A DNA stretch of 64,000 nt from the NCBI RefSeq assembly GCF_000026545.1, contig NC_011601.1. One strand, given 5' to 3'. Origin of the DNA: Escherichia coli O127:H6 str. E2348/69 (GTDB lineage Bacteria > Pseudomonadota > Gammaproteobacteria > Enterobacterales > Enterobacteriaceae). Under the pieces are notes generated by a model. It had not been told where the DNA came from. It saw only the letters and a program-made list of their open reading frames with translations, and made no database searches. The first letter of the stretch is position 1. Each line of letters begins with the position of its first letter. The position numbers and the translations under genes are program-made. Below are positions 35,434 to 47,648 of this stretch, one piece after another.

Positions 35434-36474
35434 TTACATCGCCTGATTTGTTGAGTTAGTGATCGCCGCCGCATTCTGGCGTGTTGCGACAGAATGGCGA
35501 CGCACTAACGTCGGCATAAAACAGTGGCTGGCACGAGGATCAATATTGTCTGCTGCCCCCTGCAAGGCCAGTTCGGTAGCTAATTTAGCCATTGAAGCAA
35601 TGGGATAACGCACCGTCGTTAATTGCGGGTCGGTGTAACGGGCGATGGGAATATCATCGAAACCAATGATTGAGAGATGTAACGGAATCGCAATGCCATT
35701 ATCTTTTAATGCTGTCAGTGCGCCAGCGGCCATATTGTCGTTATAAGCAAATACAGCGGTTAGTTGTAGGTTGCGCCCCAGCAGTTCAACCATCGCCGCC
35801 TCACCGCCCGGCATGTCCGGCGTGCCAGTGCCAATCCAGCTTTCCGGCGGAATAATATCCTGCTCTTTCAACGCACTCATCCAGCCTGCTTTACGCATGG
35901 CGTCATCTTCAATGCCGTGGCTGGAAGAAAGATAACCAATACGTTGATGACCGTTATTCAGCAACATGCGCGTCGCCATTCGGGCACCGCTGAGATTATC
36001 CAGGCAAACGCAACGATGGGCGTACCCCGGCACAACGCGGTTGATTAACACCATACCGGGAATGTTATCCATAAATTGTGCCAGTTCATCGTCACTCAAT
36101 GCTTTTGAGTGAACAATCAACGCATTACAACGCTGGCGAATTAACACCTCAATGGCGTGACGCTCTTTTTCCGCTTCATGATAGCTATTGCCGATTAGCA
36201 CGTATTTCTGATGCTGCTGGGCGACCAGATCCACCGCTTTTACCAGCGCGCCGAAAAACGTATCAGAAACGTCCATCACCACCACGCCAATGGTATCGCT
36301 AACCTGAGTTGCCAGCGCCTGGGCATTGGCGTTTGGCCGATAATCCAGCTCACTCACGGCTTTCATTACTGCTTCACGCGTATCGGCACTGACCAGCGTG
36401 CTGTTATTGAGCACCCGGGAAACCGTTGCCACAGAGACGCCAGCCTGACGCGCTACATCACGAATGGTGATCAT
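35434..36474 (-). CDS. galS: LacI/GalR-family repressor
   Basis: 346 aa from [23 protein letters not shown] (LacI-type helix-turn-helix). Confidence 0.92.
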   Translation of the reverse strand: MITIRDVARQAGVSVATVSRVLNNSTLVSADTREAVMKAVSELDYRPNANAQALATQVSDTIGVVVMDVSDTFFGALVKAVDLVAQQHQKYVLIGNSYHEAEKERHAIEVLIRQRCNALIVHSKALSDDELAQFMDNIPGMVLINRVVPGYAHRCVCLDNLSGARMATRMLLNNGHQRIGYLSSSHGIEDDAMRKAGWMSALKEQDIIPPESWIGTGTPDMPGGEAAMVELLGRNLQLTAVFAYNDNMAAGALTALKDNGIAIPLHLSIIGFDDIPIARYTDPQLTTVRYPIASMAKLATELALQGAADNIDPRASHCFMPTLVRRHSVATRQNAAAITNSTNQAM

Positions 36475-36550
36475 ATTCACTACCTGTTATGAGATTGCAG
36501 TAAATGACTGCTCGCTGGCGGCTATTTTGTCAGCACTGAATACAGGACTT

Positions 36551-36585
36551 CGTGAATCGAGTCACAGCAATGGAAACGGTTACAG
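36551..36585. promoter_or_regulatory. galS control region: CRP-like site plus gal-operator-like palindrome
   Basis: CGTGA-N6-TCACA at 36551-36566; TGGAAACGGTTACA at 36571-36584 resembles the GalR/GalS operator as I recall it. Confidence 0.5.
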
Positions 36586-36615
36586 CCGTTTTGTTAACGA
36601 ATGTGATCCAGATCG

Positions 36616-37773
36616 TTATCTTGATGTTTTAGATATTGTCGGTCCGGCAGCACGCAAAGTTAACTGACGCCAGAGCCATTCCACCGGCCCCTGGCGGAAG
36701 TAACGCAGCCAGATAACAGAGAAGAAGATATTCGCCAGCCATACCGGAATAACAAACGCCAGCAGCTCCAGACGGTCAAACTGCATAAACAAACCGAGGT
36801 GGTAAAAAAGCGTAGTACAAATCAGCGTTTGCAATAGATAGTTGGTCAGTGCCATCCGTCCGACACAGGCGATTGCCAGCACCAGCTTAAAGCGGCTTAA
36901 TTGCGGCCAGAAGCCATAAAACAGCGACGCATAGCCAATCGCCTGAAACGGCGCACTCAGTTCCCGCGGCATCTGAAGTAAGAAGGCGCACCAACGATAC
37001 GCCCAGTCCAGTCGCCATTGCAGGGCGATGACAGGAAGGTTAATGATCATCCCAATCGCCACCAGCACAAAACCAGTACGACGATAGTGACGTAAGCTGA
37101 ACTGCCCTTTCAGCCAGCCACTGCGCATCAATGCGGCACCAATGAGCATCATCCCAGCCAGTTGCCAGCCATACTGTGCGCCCAGTGCCAGTAAACTGTT
37201 GCCAACACCATCGGCACGATTACTGATCGCTTCAACACCACCGTGAAGTTTCCAGTGCTTTTCATACAAAATAGCCGATGCATCAGGTGTCCAGGCGCGG
37301 CTGGTCTGGCTATCGGAAATCAACCCCAATAACAGCAAAACGCCAAGCCCCACCAGATAAAGCATGACGCCGGTATTAAACAGGCTTTTTACCGATGGCG
37401 CATCGCGCACCAGCCGCCAGCAGATTAAGCCCACCAGCCCGTAAGCCAGCAGAATATCGCCGTCCCAGAACAATAAACCGTGAATAAAGCCCAGCAAGAC
37501 TAACAGCGTTAACCGCGACTGGATCCATCGTCTGCCACGGGGCAGCAACATTTGCAGGCCCGCACCAAACAACAGCGCAAAAAGCGTGAGGAATTTCACC
37601 TGGCCGATGAGATCGAGAAATGCCCAGGTCCATGCATCCTGTGGCGTAATAGCGCCGTACCAGGCGGGATTGAGATAAGCCGCCTTTGGTAGCCCAAAGG
37701 CGCTGATGTTTAATAGCAGGATCCCCAGAATGGCGACGCCGCGAACAAAATCGAGCGTGACGTTGCGCTCCAC
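36616..37773 (-). CDS. yeiB: DUF418-family inner membrane protein
   Basis: No in-frame ATG gives the expected size; GTG at 37773 (14 nt after the folE stop) gives 385 aa. Confidence 0.7.
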   Translation of the reverse strand: MERNVTLDFVRGVAILGILLLNISAFGLPKAAYLNPAWYGAITPQDAWTWAFLDLIGQVKFLTLFALLFGAGLQMLLPRGRRWIQSRLTLLVLLGFIHGLLFWDGDILLAYGLVGLICWRLVRDAPSVKSLFNTGVMLYLVGLGVLLLLGLISDSQTSRAWTPDASAILYEKHWKLHGGVEAISNRADGVGNSLLALGAQYGWQLAGMMLIGAALMRSGWLKGQFSLRHYRRTGFVLVAIGMIINLPVIALQWRLDWAYRWCAFLLQMPRELSAPFQAIGYASLFYGFWPQLSRFKLVLAIACVGRMALTNYLLQTLICTTLFYHLGLFMQFDRLELLAFVIPVWLANIFFSVIWLRYFRQGPVEWLWRQLTLRAAGPTISKTSR

Positions 37774-37789
37774 GGTTCCTGCCTTTTTA

Positions 37790-38458
37790 TCAGTTGTGAT
37801 GACGCACAGCGCGCAGAAACTCGTGGCGCGTATTCTGACTGGATTTGAACAATCCACCAAGAGAGGTCGTTGTCGTGGCACTGGTTGCATCGCGGATGCC
37901 ACGCGCCTTCACGCAGTAATGCACCGCGTCGATAGAGACAGCCACATTATTGGTGCCCAGCAGCGTTTGTAGCGCAATGAGAATTTGCTGCGTCAGACGT
38001 TCCTGTACCTGCGGACGCTGGGCAAAGAACTGCACAATACGGTTAATTTTTGACAGACCAATGACCGAATCTTTCGGGATATAGGCCACCGTCGCTTTGC
38101 CATCGATGGTAACAAAATGGTGTTCACAGGTGCTGGTCAGAGTGATATCGCGCACGGTGACCATTTCATCGACCTTCATTTTGTTTTCAATGAGGGTGAT
38201 TTTCGGGAAATTGGCGTAATCCAGACCGGAGAAAATTTCATCGACATACATTTTAGCGATGCGATGCGGCGTTTCCATCAAACTGTCATCAGCCAGGTCG
38301 AGATTCAGCAGCTGCATGATTTCGGTCATATGACCAGCAATAAGGCTTTTGCGCGTTTCGTTATCCATTTCATGCACGGGCGGGCGCAGCGGTGTTTCCA
38401 GTCCTCGCGCAACTAACGCTTCATGAACCAGGGCCGCTTCTTTACTGAGTGATGGCAT
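37790..38458 (-). CDS. folE: GTP cyclohydrolase I
   Basis: 222 aa; recognised from conserved sequence including the TSTCEHH zinc-site motif. Confidence 0.92.
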
Positions 38459-38682
38459 TTATGATTTCTCCTGCAGGTGTGACGCCTCCGCCCTGCGTGG
38501 GGGCAAAGTTATTAAGCTGATTTACAGCCTGATTATTGTGCGTGAGGCGGCGCACATAATCCAGTATTCACAGCGATAATTATTGTAATTGCCGCTGCCT
38601 TTCATCAGCAGATGTTAAAACATCGTTATGCAAATACGGAAGTGAAAGTTACTCACAGCACATTGAATAAACGGTATGATGA

Positions 38683-39552
<870 letters not shown>

Positions 39553-39583
39553 AAGTCCGCCCGGTTCGCCGGGCATCTTCTCA

Positions 39584-41575
39584 TCAGAAGCGATAATCCA
39601 CTGCCATAAAGTAACGACGTCCGTCTTCGTTATAGCTGTAGTCGTCACGACTGAGATCCTTGTCGCCAAGGTTCAGCACGCCTGCGCGCAGTTTGACGTC
39701 TTTAGTTACCTGCCAGGCCGCACCGGTATTCCAGATGGTATAACCGCCCGGAGTTTTAGCCGTCGCGCTGTCGGCGCGTTTCTGCCCGGTATAGTGACCA
39801 GAAACATAGAATGACCAGTCTTCCAGCGCCAGCGGTTTCCAGTCCAGCGTACCGTTAGCAGTATGGAACGGCAGATCGGATAGCGGTTTGTTTTCGCCGT
39901 TGCTGACATCACGACCATCGTTGTAGGTGTAGTTGATCGACAGTTTCCATTCATCGTTGAACGGAATTTTCAGTTCGGTTTCCACGCCCTGAATACGAGC
40001 TTTGTTAACGTTGTAGTAGCTAAATACCGGTATGCGCCGTCCGTTAGCGCCCGTCTCAAAACCGACAAAGTTTTGGTAGCCCGGTGCAGCGTTGACGTCA
40101 GACGTACGGCTGATGCTGATACGATCTTTCACATCGTTACGGAAAACGGTAACGCTGGATTCAACCCCTTCCAGCCAGCCTTCTTCACCCATGTAGTAAA
40201 GCCCCAGCTCCCAACTTTCGCTGGTTTCTGGTTTCAGATCCGGGCTACCCACAATCTTACATGCGCCACGGCAGGAATTGCTCGTCCAGTCAGGGCTAAG
40301 TTGCAACAGAGAAGGTGCTTTAAATGCCGTCGCCCAGCCCCCTTTCACCGTTACGGTGTCGGTGGCGTTATAAACCAGGTAGGCACGCGGACTCCAGTGT
40401 TCACCGTAGGTTTCGTGATCGTCCATACGCACGCCGGTCGTCAGCGCCAGCGGCTCGAAGATCCGCCATTCATCTTCCACAAACAGCGCGTACTGGCTGG
40501 CAGACGTTTTGGAGCTGGTTCCCCCGGTCAGGTTCACCGCATCGCTAAGTTTGTCGTGACGCCATTCACCGCCAACCGTGAGAAACTGATTAATCGCCGT
40601 CAGCGGCAACGTGTATTTGCCGTCGACCGTATTGCTTTCGGAAGTTATCGGGCTGCTGTTGCCAGGGTTTTTGTTCTCGATTTTCTCACCGTAGTATTTC
40701 AGTTCGCTGGTGCCGTAATCCCAACGCCCATTATGGCTGACGGAGTAGTTCTGGCGTTCCAGGCGGTTTTTGTCCAGCGAGTCGGAATCACGATCCTGAC
40801 GGTCGAAACCGTATCCGGCAGTAAAATCGTGATTTTGATTCGGTGTCCAGGCAAATTCGACATTGCCGTCGCGGCTGGAGAATCCTTCAATACGCGGCGT
40901 TTCTCCGGTATCGGTGGTTGTTGAGTTTTGCGGGTCATCCTTTTCACGTTTTGCCAGGCTGCCGTAAGCTTTCATTCCCAGCACGCCGTCAATTAATGGT
41001 CCGCTGGTAAAGAATTGACCGTTATAGGTATCACCGCGATCGCGATGTTCCTGAACGGTGGTATCGACGGTAACGGTGCCCGACCATTTCTGACCGATTT
41101 TTTTGGTGATGATATTCACTACACCGCCGAGCGCATCGGAACCGTACAGCGACGACATCGGGCCACGGACCACTTCAATACGTTCGATGGAATCGACAGG
41201 GATCCAGTTCAGATCGAAATCATTGTGGCGGAAGACGGCATTGCGGGAGTTAACGCGTTTACCGTCGACAAGAATCAGGGTGTAGCTGCTGTCCAGACCA
41301 CGAATACTTACGCCCTTACGGTTATCCCCTTCGTTCGTCAGTTGTACGCCAGGCACTTCTTTGAGGACATCCTCCAGATTCTGTACCGGTTTTCGCTGCA
41401 GGTCTTCCTGGGTAATGACGCTGATACTGGCGGGAGCATCTTTAAGGTTTTGTTCAACGGAAGATGCAGTGACAACCATCGTTTCGCCATCATCATCGAC
41501 CGCTAACACAGGCCATGCACAAGAAATAGCGGACAAACACAGCCCGACCCGTACGAAAGGGTTCAACCTAAACAT
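39584..41575 (-). CDS. cirA: TonB-dependent outer-membrane catecholate siderophore / colicin receptor
   Basis: 663 aa from [25 protein letters not shown] (signal peptide); C-terminus ends in the TonB-dependent-receptor terminal Phe; the track ORF runs 65 codons further upstream through the leader. Confidence 0.9.
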   Translation of the reverse strand: MFRLNPFVRVGLCLSAISCAWPVLAVDDDGETMVVTASSVEQNLKDAPASISVITQEDLQRKPVQNLEDVLKEVPGVQLTNEGDNRKGVSIRGLDSSYTLILVDGKRVNSRNAVFRHNDFDLNWIPVDSIERIEVVRGPMSSLYGSDALGGVVNIITKKIGQKWSGTVTVDTTVQEHRDRGDTYNGQFFTSGPLIDGVLGMKAYGSLAKREKDDPQNSTTTDTGETPRIEGFSSRDGNVEFAWTPNQNHDFTAGYGFDRQDRDSDSLDKNRLERQNYSVSHNGRWDYGTSELKYYGEKIENKNPGNSSPITSESNTVDGKYTLPLTAINQFLTVGGEWRHDKLSDAVNLTGGTSSKTSASQYALFVEDEWRIFEPLALTTGVRMDDHETYGEHWSPRAYLVYNATDTVTVKGGWATAFKAPSLLQLSPDWTSNSCRGACKIVGSPDLKPETSESWELGLYYMGEEGWLEGVESSVTVFRNDVKDRISISRTSDVNAAPGYQNFVGFETGANGRRIPVFSYYNVNKARIQGVETELKIPFNDEWKLSINYTYNDGRDVSNGENKPLSDLPFHTANGTLDWKPLALEDWSFYVSGHYTGQKRADSATAKTPGGYTIWNTGAAWQVTKDVKLRAGVLNLGDKDLSRDDYSYNEDGRRYFMAVDYRF

Positions 41576-41739
41576 TCCATATCTCCATGAGGTAACTACG
41601 AAAATAAAATGGGTATCGCTCACATCTTCTTTACGTCCCCTTGCGTACGGCAGCATCGCGGTGGACTTATTTGTATGCAGGTGATCATCCCAGAAAGCCG
41701 GAACAGCCTCTGATTTGTCAGCCTTTTTTGATTGCGGCG

Positions 41740-41772
41740 TAACGATAATGCAAACGATAACAATTATCAATC
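41740..41772. promoter_or_regulatory. Fur-box-like AT-rich repeat in the cirA promoter region
   Basis: AACGATAATGCAAACGATAACAATTATCAATCC contains GATAAT / ATAAC / ATTATC hexamers typical of Fur sites; cirA is a classic Fur target. Confidence 0.55.
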
Positions 41773-41823
41773 CAAATGTTAAATTTTATATCAGCATGAT
41801 TTGTCAGGGAAATGGAATTGAAA

Positions 41824-41847
41824 AAGCCCTCTCGGTTGAGAGGGCTT
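41824..41847 (-). terminator. Rho-independent terminator of lysP
   Basis: Stem GCCCTCTC / GAGAGGGC with a 4-nt loop, followed on the minus strand by UUUUUCAAUU. Confidence 0.8.
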
Positions 41848-41866
41848 AGCAAGGAAGCGAGGAAAC

Positions 41867-43336
41867 TTATTTCTTATCGTTCTGCGGGAACTTCATTTCG
41901 CTGTAGCGTACGAAGTGAGTTCCTTTAATCAGCTTGTAGCCGAACCAAATAATCAGGAACAGCGGGATACCAATATACGTTGCCGCTACGCCGCCCCAGT
42001 CAATGGTATCTTTCAGGAACGCTTCGTAGTTCTGGCCCAAAGTGATAATCAGACACAGAATGAATGCGAAGATCGGCCCCAGTGGGAAGAAACCTGAACG
42101 GTACGGCAGATCGTTAATGTCGTGTCCCTGCAATACGTAACCGCGACGGAAGCGATAGTGGCTAATGGCAATCCCCAGCCAGGCGATAAAACCCGTCATC
42201 CCGGAGGTGTTCAGCAGCCACAGGTATACCGTCTGGTTGCCAAACATGGAGGTCAGGAAGCACAAACCGGCAATCACCGTCGTCGCATACAGCGCATTAC
42301 GCGGCACGCCACCACGCGACAGTTTAGCGAAAATGCGCGGCGCTTTACCGTCACACGCCAGGGTATACAGCATACGAGTAGACGCATACATACCGGAGTT
42401 ACCTGCTGACAGCACTGCCGTCAGAATAACTGCGTTCATCACCGCCGCCGCAGAGAGCAGACCCGCGTGCTGGAACACCAGGGTGAACGGACTGACGCTG
42501 ATGTCTTTAACATCGTTACGCAGCAGGCTCGGATCGGTATACGGAATAATCAGGCTGATAATCAGGATCGCGAACACATAGAACAACAGGATTCGCCAGA
42601 ATACCTGACGTACCGCGCGTGGAATGTTTTTCGCCGGATCTTCGGACTCGCCTGCAGCAATACCGATCAGCTCGGTTCCCTGGAAAGAGAAGCCGACAAT
42701 CATAGCTACGCCGATCATCGCCGCAAAACCACCAGCAAACGGCGCTTCGCCGATTGTCCAGTTGCTCCAGCCTGCAGGCTGCGCGCCTTTGAAGATACCG
42801 ATAATCATCAGCACGCCAACGATGATAAAGACAATAACTGTCGTGACTTTGATCAGTGAGAACCAGTATTCCGCTTCACCAAAGCCGCGAACAGAGATGT
42901 AGTTCAACAGGAAGATAACGCCGAGGAACAACGCACTCCAGATCCAGCCCGGTGTATCCGGGAACCACCAGCTCATGACCAGCTGTGCTGCAACCAGGTC
43001 AACGGCAATAGTCACCGCCCAGTTGTACCAGTAGTTCCAGCCCAGCGCGAAGCCAAAGCCTTCTTCAACATAGTTCTGACCGTAAGTGGCAAACGAACCG
43101 GAAACCGGCATATATGCAGCCAGTTCACCGAGACTGGTCATCAGGAAGTAAACCATCAGGCCAATCAGCATATACGAGAGCAATGCCCCGCCCGGACCTG
43201 CCTGAGAAATCGTTGCGCCAGAGGCAACAAAAAGACCTGTACCGATGGAACCGCCAATGGCAATCATCGTCAGGTGACGCGCCTTCAATTCACGGCGTAA
43301 GCCCGGCGCTTCTGTAGTTTTAGTTTCGGAACCCAT
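41867..43336 (-). CDS. lysP: Lysine-specific permease (APC family)
   Basis: 489 aa multi-pass ORF. Confidence 0.92.
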   Translation of the reverse strand: MGSETKTTEAPGLRRELKARHLTMIAIGGSIGTGLFVASGATISQAGPGGALLSYMLIGLMVYFLMTSLGELAAYMPVSGSFATYGQNYVEEGFGFALGWNYWYNWAVTIAVDLVAAQLVMSWWFPDTPGWIWSALFLGVIFLLNYISVRGFGEAEYWFSLIKVTTVIVFIIVGVLMIIGIFKGAQPAGWSNWTIGEAPFAGGFAAMIGVAMIVGFSFQGTELIGIAAGESEDPAKNIPRAVRQVFWRILLFYVFAILIISLIIPYTDPSLLRNDVKDISVSPFTLVFQHAGLLSAAAVMNAVILTAVLSAGNSGMYASTRMLYTLACDGKAPRIFAKLSRGGVPRNALYATTVIAGLCFLTSMFGNQTVYLWLLNTSGMTGFIAWLGIAISHYRFRRGYVLQGHDINDLPYRSGFFPLGPIFAFILCLIITLGQNYEAFLKDTIDWGGVAATYIGIPLFLIIWFGYKLIKGTHFVRYSEMKFPQNDKK

Positions 43337-43540
43337 ACAAAAATGCTATCCATCTTAAAAATGAGGCGCGATTGTAGCAGACGATTGGCAATCCTTCCGG
43401 CAGAAATACACGGTTATAAGACACCTTCATGATCGCCCAGGGATTATAAGTAAAGCAGCCAATCTCTTTTCTGGCGAATGCATGCTGAGGGCGCTGCGTC
43501 ACGAAATCGACACAGCACCAGCATGTTCTTGTACAGCACC

Positions 43541-44422
43541 TTAACGCGGTACATTCGCGGGATCGCAATAGTCCAGAAAGCGCCGTAGCGCGTTGGAAAG
43601 GTGTTTTTGCCGATGATGTATACGCCACAACGTACGCATCAGGCGCGGCAGAGGGACTGCAACTTCACTTAATGTGCCTGCCTGCAATTGATCTTCAATC
43701 ACCCGTCGCGACAGGCAACTAATTCCCAACCCATGACGCACCGCATGTTTGATTGCCTCGGAGTTACCTAATTCCATCGCCATCTCAAACTTCGGTAAAT
43801 GTGACAGCAACAGATAATCGACAATCTCCCGCGTGCCGGAACCGCGTTCACGCAGGATCCACGGCGCAGCGGCCAGCTGTTCTAAGGTGACCGGACCACG
43901 AGCCAACGGCGAAGTCGGCGCGGCGAAAACCACCAGCTCGTCTTCCAGCCACGGTTCAGAAATGATTTCAGTGCTGTGGCACGGTCCTTCAATAAAGCCA
44001 ATATCAACGCGGAAATCCAGCACCGCTTGCATCACGTCCTGGCTATTCCCAACGCTAAGTTCAATCGGCAACTGCGGATAATCATGGCGATAACGGGCGA
44101 TAACTGCAGGCAGAATGTAGTTACCGATGGTACTACTGGCATAGATACGAATCGCGCCGTTGTCTTCGCGAAACAGTTGTTCGATTTCAACCGCCTGTTC
44201 AAGCAGTGCCAACGCTCGCGGATAGAGCAGCCGCCCGTGTTCATTAACAACCAGTCTTTTCCCCACGCGATCAAACAGTTGAACGCCAAGCTGCCCTTCC
44301 AGGTCGGTCAAGGCTGCGCTCACTGCTGATTGCGACAACGCCAGCATCACCGACGCCTGGGTGGTTGATCCACTTTTCAATACTTCTGCAAAAACTTCCA
44401 ACTGCCGGAGGGTGATGTGCAT
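43541..44422 (-). CDS. yeiE: LysR-family transcriptional regulator
   Basis: 293 aa with an N-terminal LysR-type helix-turn-helix; divergent from yeiH. Confidence 0.9.
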
Positions 44423-44520
44423 AGTCGCTTACCACTTATAAAGATTAATTATAAATATATAATCAATTTTATTTTTAAACCAGTTAGTCGTAACCTTATG
44501 CCCGGTTAAAGGAGAGGGTT

Positions 44521-45570
44521 ATGACGAATATCACCTTACAGAAACAACATCGTACACTGTGGCATTTTATTCCGGGGTTAGCCCTGAGTGCAGTTATCAC
44601 CGGGGTCGCCCTGTGGGGTGGTTCCATTCCCGCGGTTGCGGGTGCCGGGTTTAGTGCCCTCACCCTCGCAATCTTGTTGGGGATGGTTTTAGGCAACACC
44701 ATTTACCCGCACATCTGGAAAAGCTGTGACGGTGGTGTGCTGTTTGCCAAGCAATATTTATTACGTCTGGGTATCATTCTTTATGGCTTCCGTCTGACGT
44801 TCTCGCAAATTGCCGATGTCGGTATCAGTGGGATCATCATTGACGTGTTGACGCTGTCCAGTACCTTCCTGCTGGCTTGCTTCCTGGGGCAGAAAGTGTT
44901 TGGTCTGGATAAGCACACCAGCTGGTTGATCGGTGCCGGTAGCAGTATCTGTGGTGCTGCCGCGGTACTGGCGACTGAGCCGGTAGTGAAAGCAGAAGCC
45001 AGTAAAGTAACCGTGGCTGTTGCAACCGTTGTTATCTTCGGGACCGTCGCGATTTTCCTCTACCCGGCGATATATCCGCTGATGTCTCAATGGTTTAGTC
45101 CGGAAACTTTCGGTATCTACATTGGTTCTACTGTGCACGAAGTGGCGCAGGTGGTGGCGGCAGGTCATGCCATCAGCCCGGATGCAGAAAACGCAGCAGT
45201 TATTTCCAAAATGCTGCGCGTGATGATGCTGGCTCCGTTCCTCATCCTGCTGGCGGCGCGTGTTAAACAGCTGTCTGGGGCGAACAGCGGCGAGAAAAGC
45301 AAAATCACTATTCCGTGGTTTGCCATCTTGTTCATCGTCGTTGCCATCTTTAACTCGTTCCACCTGTTACCGCAGAGCGTGGTGAACATGCTGGTAACGC
45401 TGGATACCTTCCTGCTGGCAATGGCGATGGCGGCGCTGGGTCTGACCACTCACGTCAGCGCGCTGAAAAAAGCCGGGGCGAAACCTCTGCTGATGGCACT
45501 GGTACTGTTTGCCTGGCTGATTGTTGGTGGTGGTGCGATTAACTATGTGATTCAAAGCGTCATCGCATAA
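44521..45570 (+). CDS. yeiH: UPF0324-family inner membrane protein
   Basis: 349 aa hydrophobic ORF with AGGAGAGGG upstream. Confidence 0.88.
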   Translation: MTNITLQKQHRTLWHFIPGLALSAVITGVALWGGSIPAVAGAGFSALTLAILLGMVLGNTIYPHIWKSCDGGVLFAKQYLLRLGIILYGFRLTFSQIADVGISGIIIDVLTLSSTFLLACFLGQKVFGLDKHTSWLIGAGSSICGAAAVLATEPVVKAEASKVTVAVATVVIFGTVAIFLYPAIYPLMSQWFSPETFGIYIGSTVHEVAQVVAAGHAISPDAENAAVISKMLRVMMLAPFLILLAARVKQLSGANSGEKSKITIPWFAILFIVVAIFNSFHLLPQSVVNMLVTLDTFLLAMAMAALGLTTHVSALKKAGAKPLLMALVLFAWLIVGGGAINYVIQSVIA

Positions 45571-45643
45571 ACCACTACATCTTGCTCCTGTTAACCCGCT
45601 ATCATTACCGTTTTCCTCCAGCGGGTTTAACAGGAGTCCTCGC

Positions 45644-46501
45644 ATGAAATACATTGGAGCGCACGTTAGTGCTGCTGGCGGTCTGGCAAATGCCGCAATT
45701 CGCGCCGCCGAAATCGACGCAACCGCGTTTGCCTTGTTCACCAAAAACCAACGTCAGTGGCGTGCCGCACCGCTCACGACGCAAACCATCGATGAATTCA
45801 AAGCCGCCTGTGAAAAATATCACTACACATCGGCGCAAATTCTTCCCCACGACAGTTATCTGATTAACCTCGGACATCCGGTTGCTGAAGCTCTGGAAAA
45901 ATCGCGCGATGCCTTTATAGATGAAATGCAGCGTTGCGAACAGCTGGGGCTTTCTTTGCTCAACTTCCACCCTGGCAGCCATCTGATGCAGATTTCAGAA
46001 GAGGATTGCCTTGCGCGTATTGCCGAATCCATCAACATTGCGCTGGATAAAACTCAAGGTGTCACCGCGGTGATTGAAAACACCGCCGGTCAGGGCAGTA
46101 ACTTAGGGTTTAAATTCGAACATCTCGCGGCGATTATCGACGGCGTGGAAGATAAATCCCGCGTCGGCGTCTGCATTGATACCTGCCATGCTTTCGCTGC
46201 CGGGTATGATTTGCGTACTCCTGCCGAATGCGAGAAAACGTTCGCTGATTTTGCCCGTATTGTAGGCTTTAAGTATCTGCGCGGGATGCACCTCAACGAT
46301 GCGAAAAGCACCTTTGGCAGCCGCGTTGACCGTCATCATAGCCTCGGCGAAGGCAATATCGGTCATGATGCGTTCCGCTGGATCATGCAAGACGACCGTT
46401 TCGACGGCATTCCGCTGATCCTTGAAACCATCAACCCGGATATCTGGGCAGAAGAGATCGCCTGGCTGAAAGCGCAACAAACTGAAAAAGCGGTGGCCTG
46501 A
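45644..46501 (+). CDS. nfo: Endonuclease IV (AP endonuclease)
   Basis: 285 aa; recognised from the AP-endonuclease family-2 sequence. Confidence 0.92.
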   Translation: MKYIGAHVSAAGGLANAAIRAAEIDATAFALFTKNQRQWRAAPLTTQTIDEFKAACEKYHYTSAQILPHDSYLINLGHPVAEALEKSRDAFIDEMQRCEQLGLSLLNFHPGSHLMQISEEDCLARIAESINIALDKTQGVTAVIENTAGQGSNLGFKFEHLAAIIDGVEDKSRVGVCIDTCHAFAAGYDLRTPAECEKTFADFARIVGFKYLRGMHLNDAKSTFGSRVDRHHSLGEGNIGHDAFRWIMQDDRFDGIPLILETINPDIWAEEIAWLKAQQTEKAVA

Positions 46502-46504
46502 TCG

Positions 46505-47593
46505 ATGAACGACAGGGAAAAGCAGATTCTTAAAATTTTACGGCGTAACCCGCTGATTCAACAGAATGAAATCGCCGATATTCTGCAAATCAGCCGCTCA
46601 CGTGTTGCCGCTCATATTATGGATTTGATGCGCAAGGGTTTGATTAAAGGCAAAGGATATATCCTTACCGAGCAGGATTACTGTGTGGTTGTGGGTGCAA
46701 TCAATATGGATATTCGCGGAATGGCGGATATCCGTTACCCGCAAGCAGCCTCTCATCCAGGTTCTGTTCACTGTTCCGCAGGCGGCGTCGGACGTAATAT
46801 CGCGCATAACCTGGCTCTGCTTGGTCGGGATGTGCATTTAATTTCAGCTATTGGCAACGATTTTTACGGCGAGACATTACTGGAAGAAACGCGCCGCTCG
46901 GGCGTGAACGTTTCAAACTGCATTCGTCTGCATGGACACAGCACTGCAACTTATCTCGCTATCGCTAATAAGCAGGAAGAAACTATCCTGGCAATCAATG
47001 ACACACATATTCTGCAACAGCTAACGCCTCAACTGCTCAATACTTCACGGGACTTGATTCGCCATGCTGGTGTGGTGCTGGCTGATTGTAATCTCACACC
47101 TGAAGCCCTGGAGTGGGTCTTTACCATTGCTGATGAAATTCCGATGTTTGTCGATACCGTTTCCGAATTTAAAGCGAACAAAGTAAAAAACTGGTACAGC
47201 CGGATCCACACTCTGAAACCGACACAAAATGAACTGGAAATTTTGTGGGGGCAACCGATTAAAGACGACAACGATCGTATCAGAGCTGTAAATTCGCTGC
47301 ATCAACAAGGTGTTAAACGCATTTTTGTTTATCTGAAAGATGAATCTGTATTTTGCAGCGATAAGGATGGAGAACAATTTTTGCTGACCGCGCCAGCGCA
47401 TACGACAGTAGACAGTTTTGGTGCTGACGATGGTTTTATGGCGGGCCTGGTATATAGCTTTCTTGAAGGATACAGTTTCCGCGACAGCGCCCGTTTTGCG
47501 ATGGCCTGCGCGGCAATTTCACGCGCCAGCGGCAGCTTAAACAACCCTACCCTGTCTGCCGATAACGCGCTTTCATTAGTGCCAATGGTGTAA
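46505..47593 (+). CDS. yeiI: Fusion of an N-terminal winged-HTH domain to a PfkB-family carbohydrate/nucleoside kinase
   Basis: 362 aa; residues ~1-55 look like a helix-turn-helix (QNEIADILQISRSRVAAHIMDLMRKGLI); the rest contains GGVGRNIAHNLALLG and aligns with PsuK. Confidence 0.88.
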   Translation: MNDREKQILKILRRNPLIQQNEIADILQISRSRVAAHIMDLMRKGLIKGKGYILTEQDYCVVVGAINMDIRGMADIRYPQAASHPGSVHCSAGGVGRNIAHNLALLGRDVHLISAIGNDFYGETLLEETRRSGVNVSNCIRLHGHSTATYLAIANKQEETILAINDTHILQQLTPQLLNTSRDLIRHAGVVLADCNLTPEALEWVFTIADEIPMFVDTVSEFKANKVKNWYSRIHTLKPTQNELEILWGQPIKDDNDRIRAVNSLHQQGVKRIFVYLKDESVFCSDKDGEQFLLTAPAHTTVDSFGADDGFMAGLVYSFLEGYSFRDSARFAMACAAISRASGSLNNPTLSADNALSLVPMV

Positions 47594-47648
47594 CAATGTT
47601 GCCGGATTCGACGCTTGACCGCATCTTATCCGGCTCATAAATTGCGCA

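Noticed and set aside
40073-40924. 283-aa plus-strand ORF inside cirA
   Set aside because: Antisense to the TonB-dependent receptor gene with an Arg/Phe-rich translation and no recognisable motif; treated as spurious.
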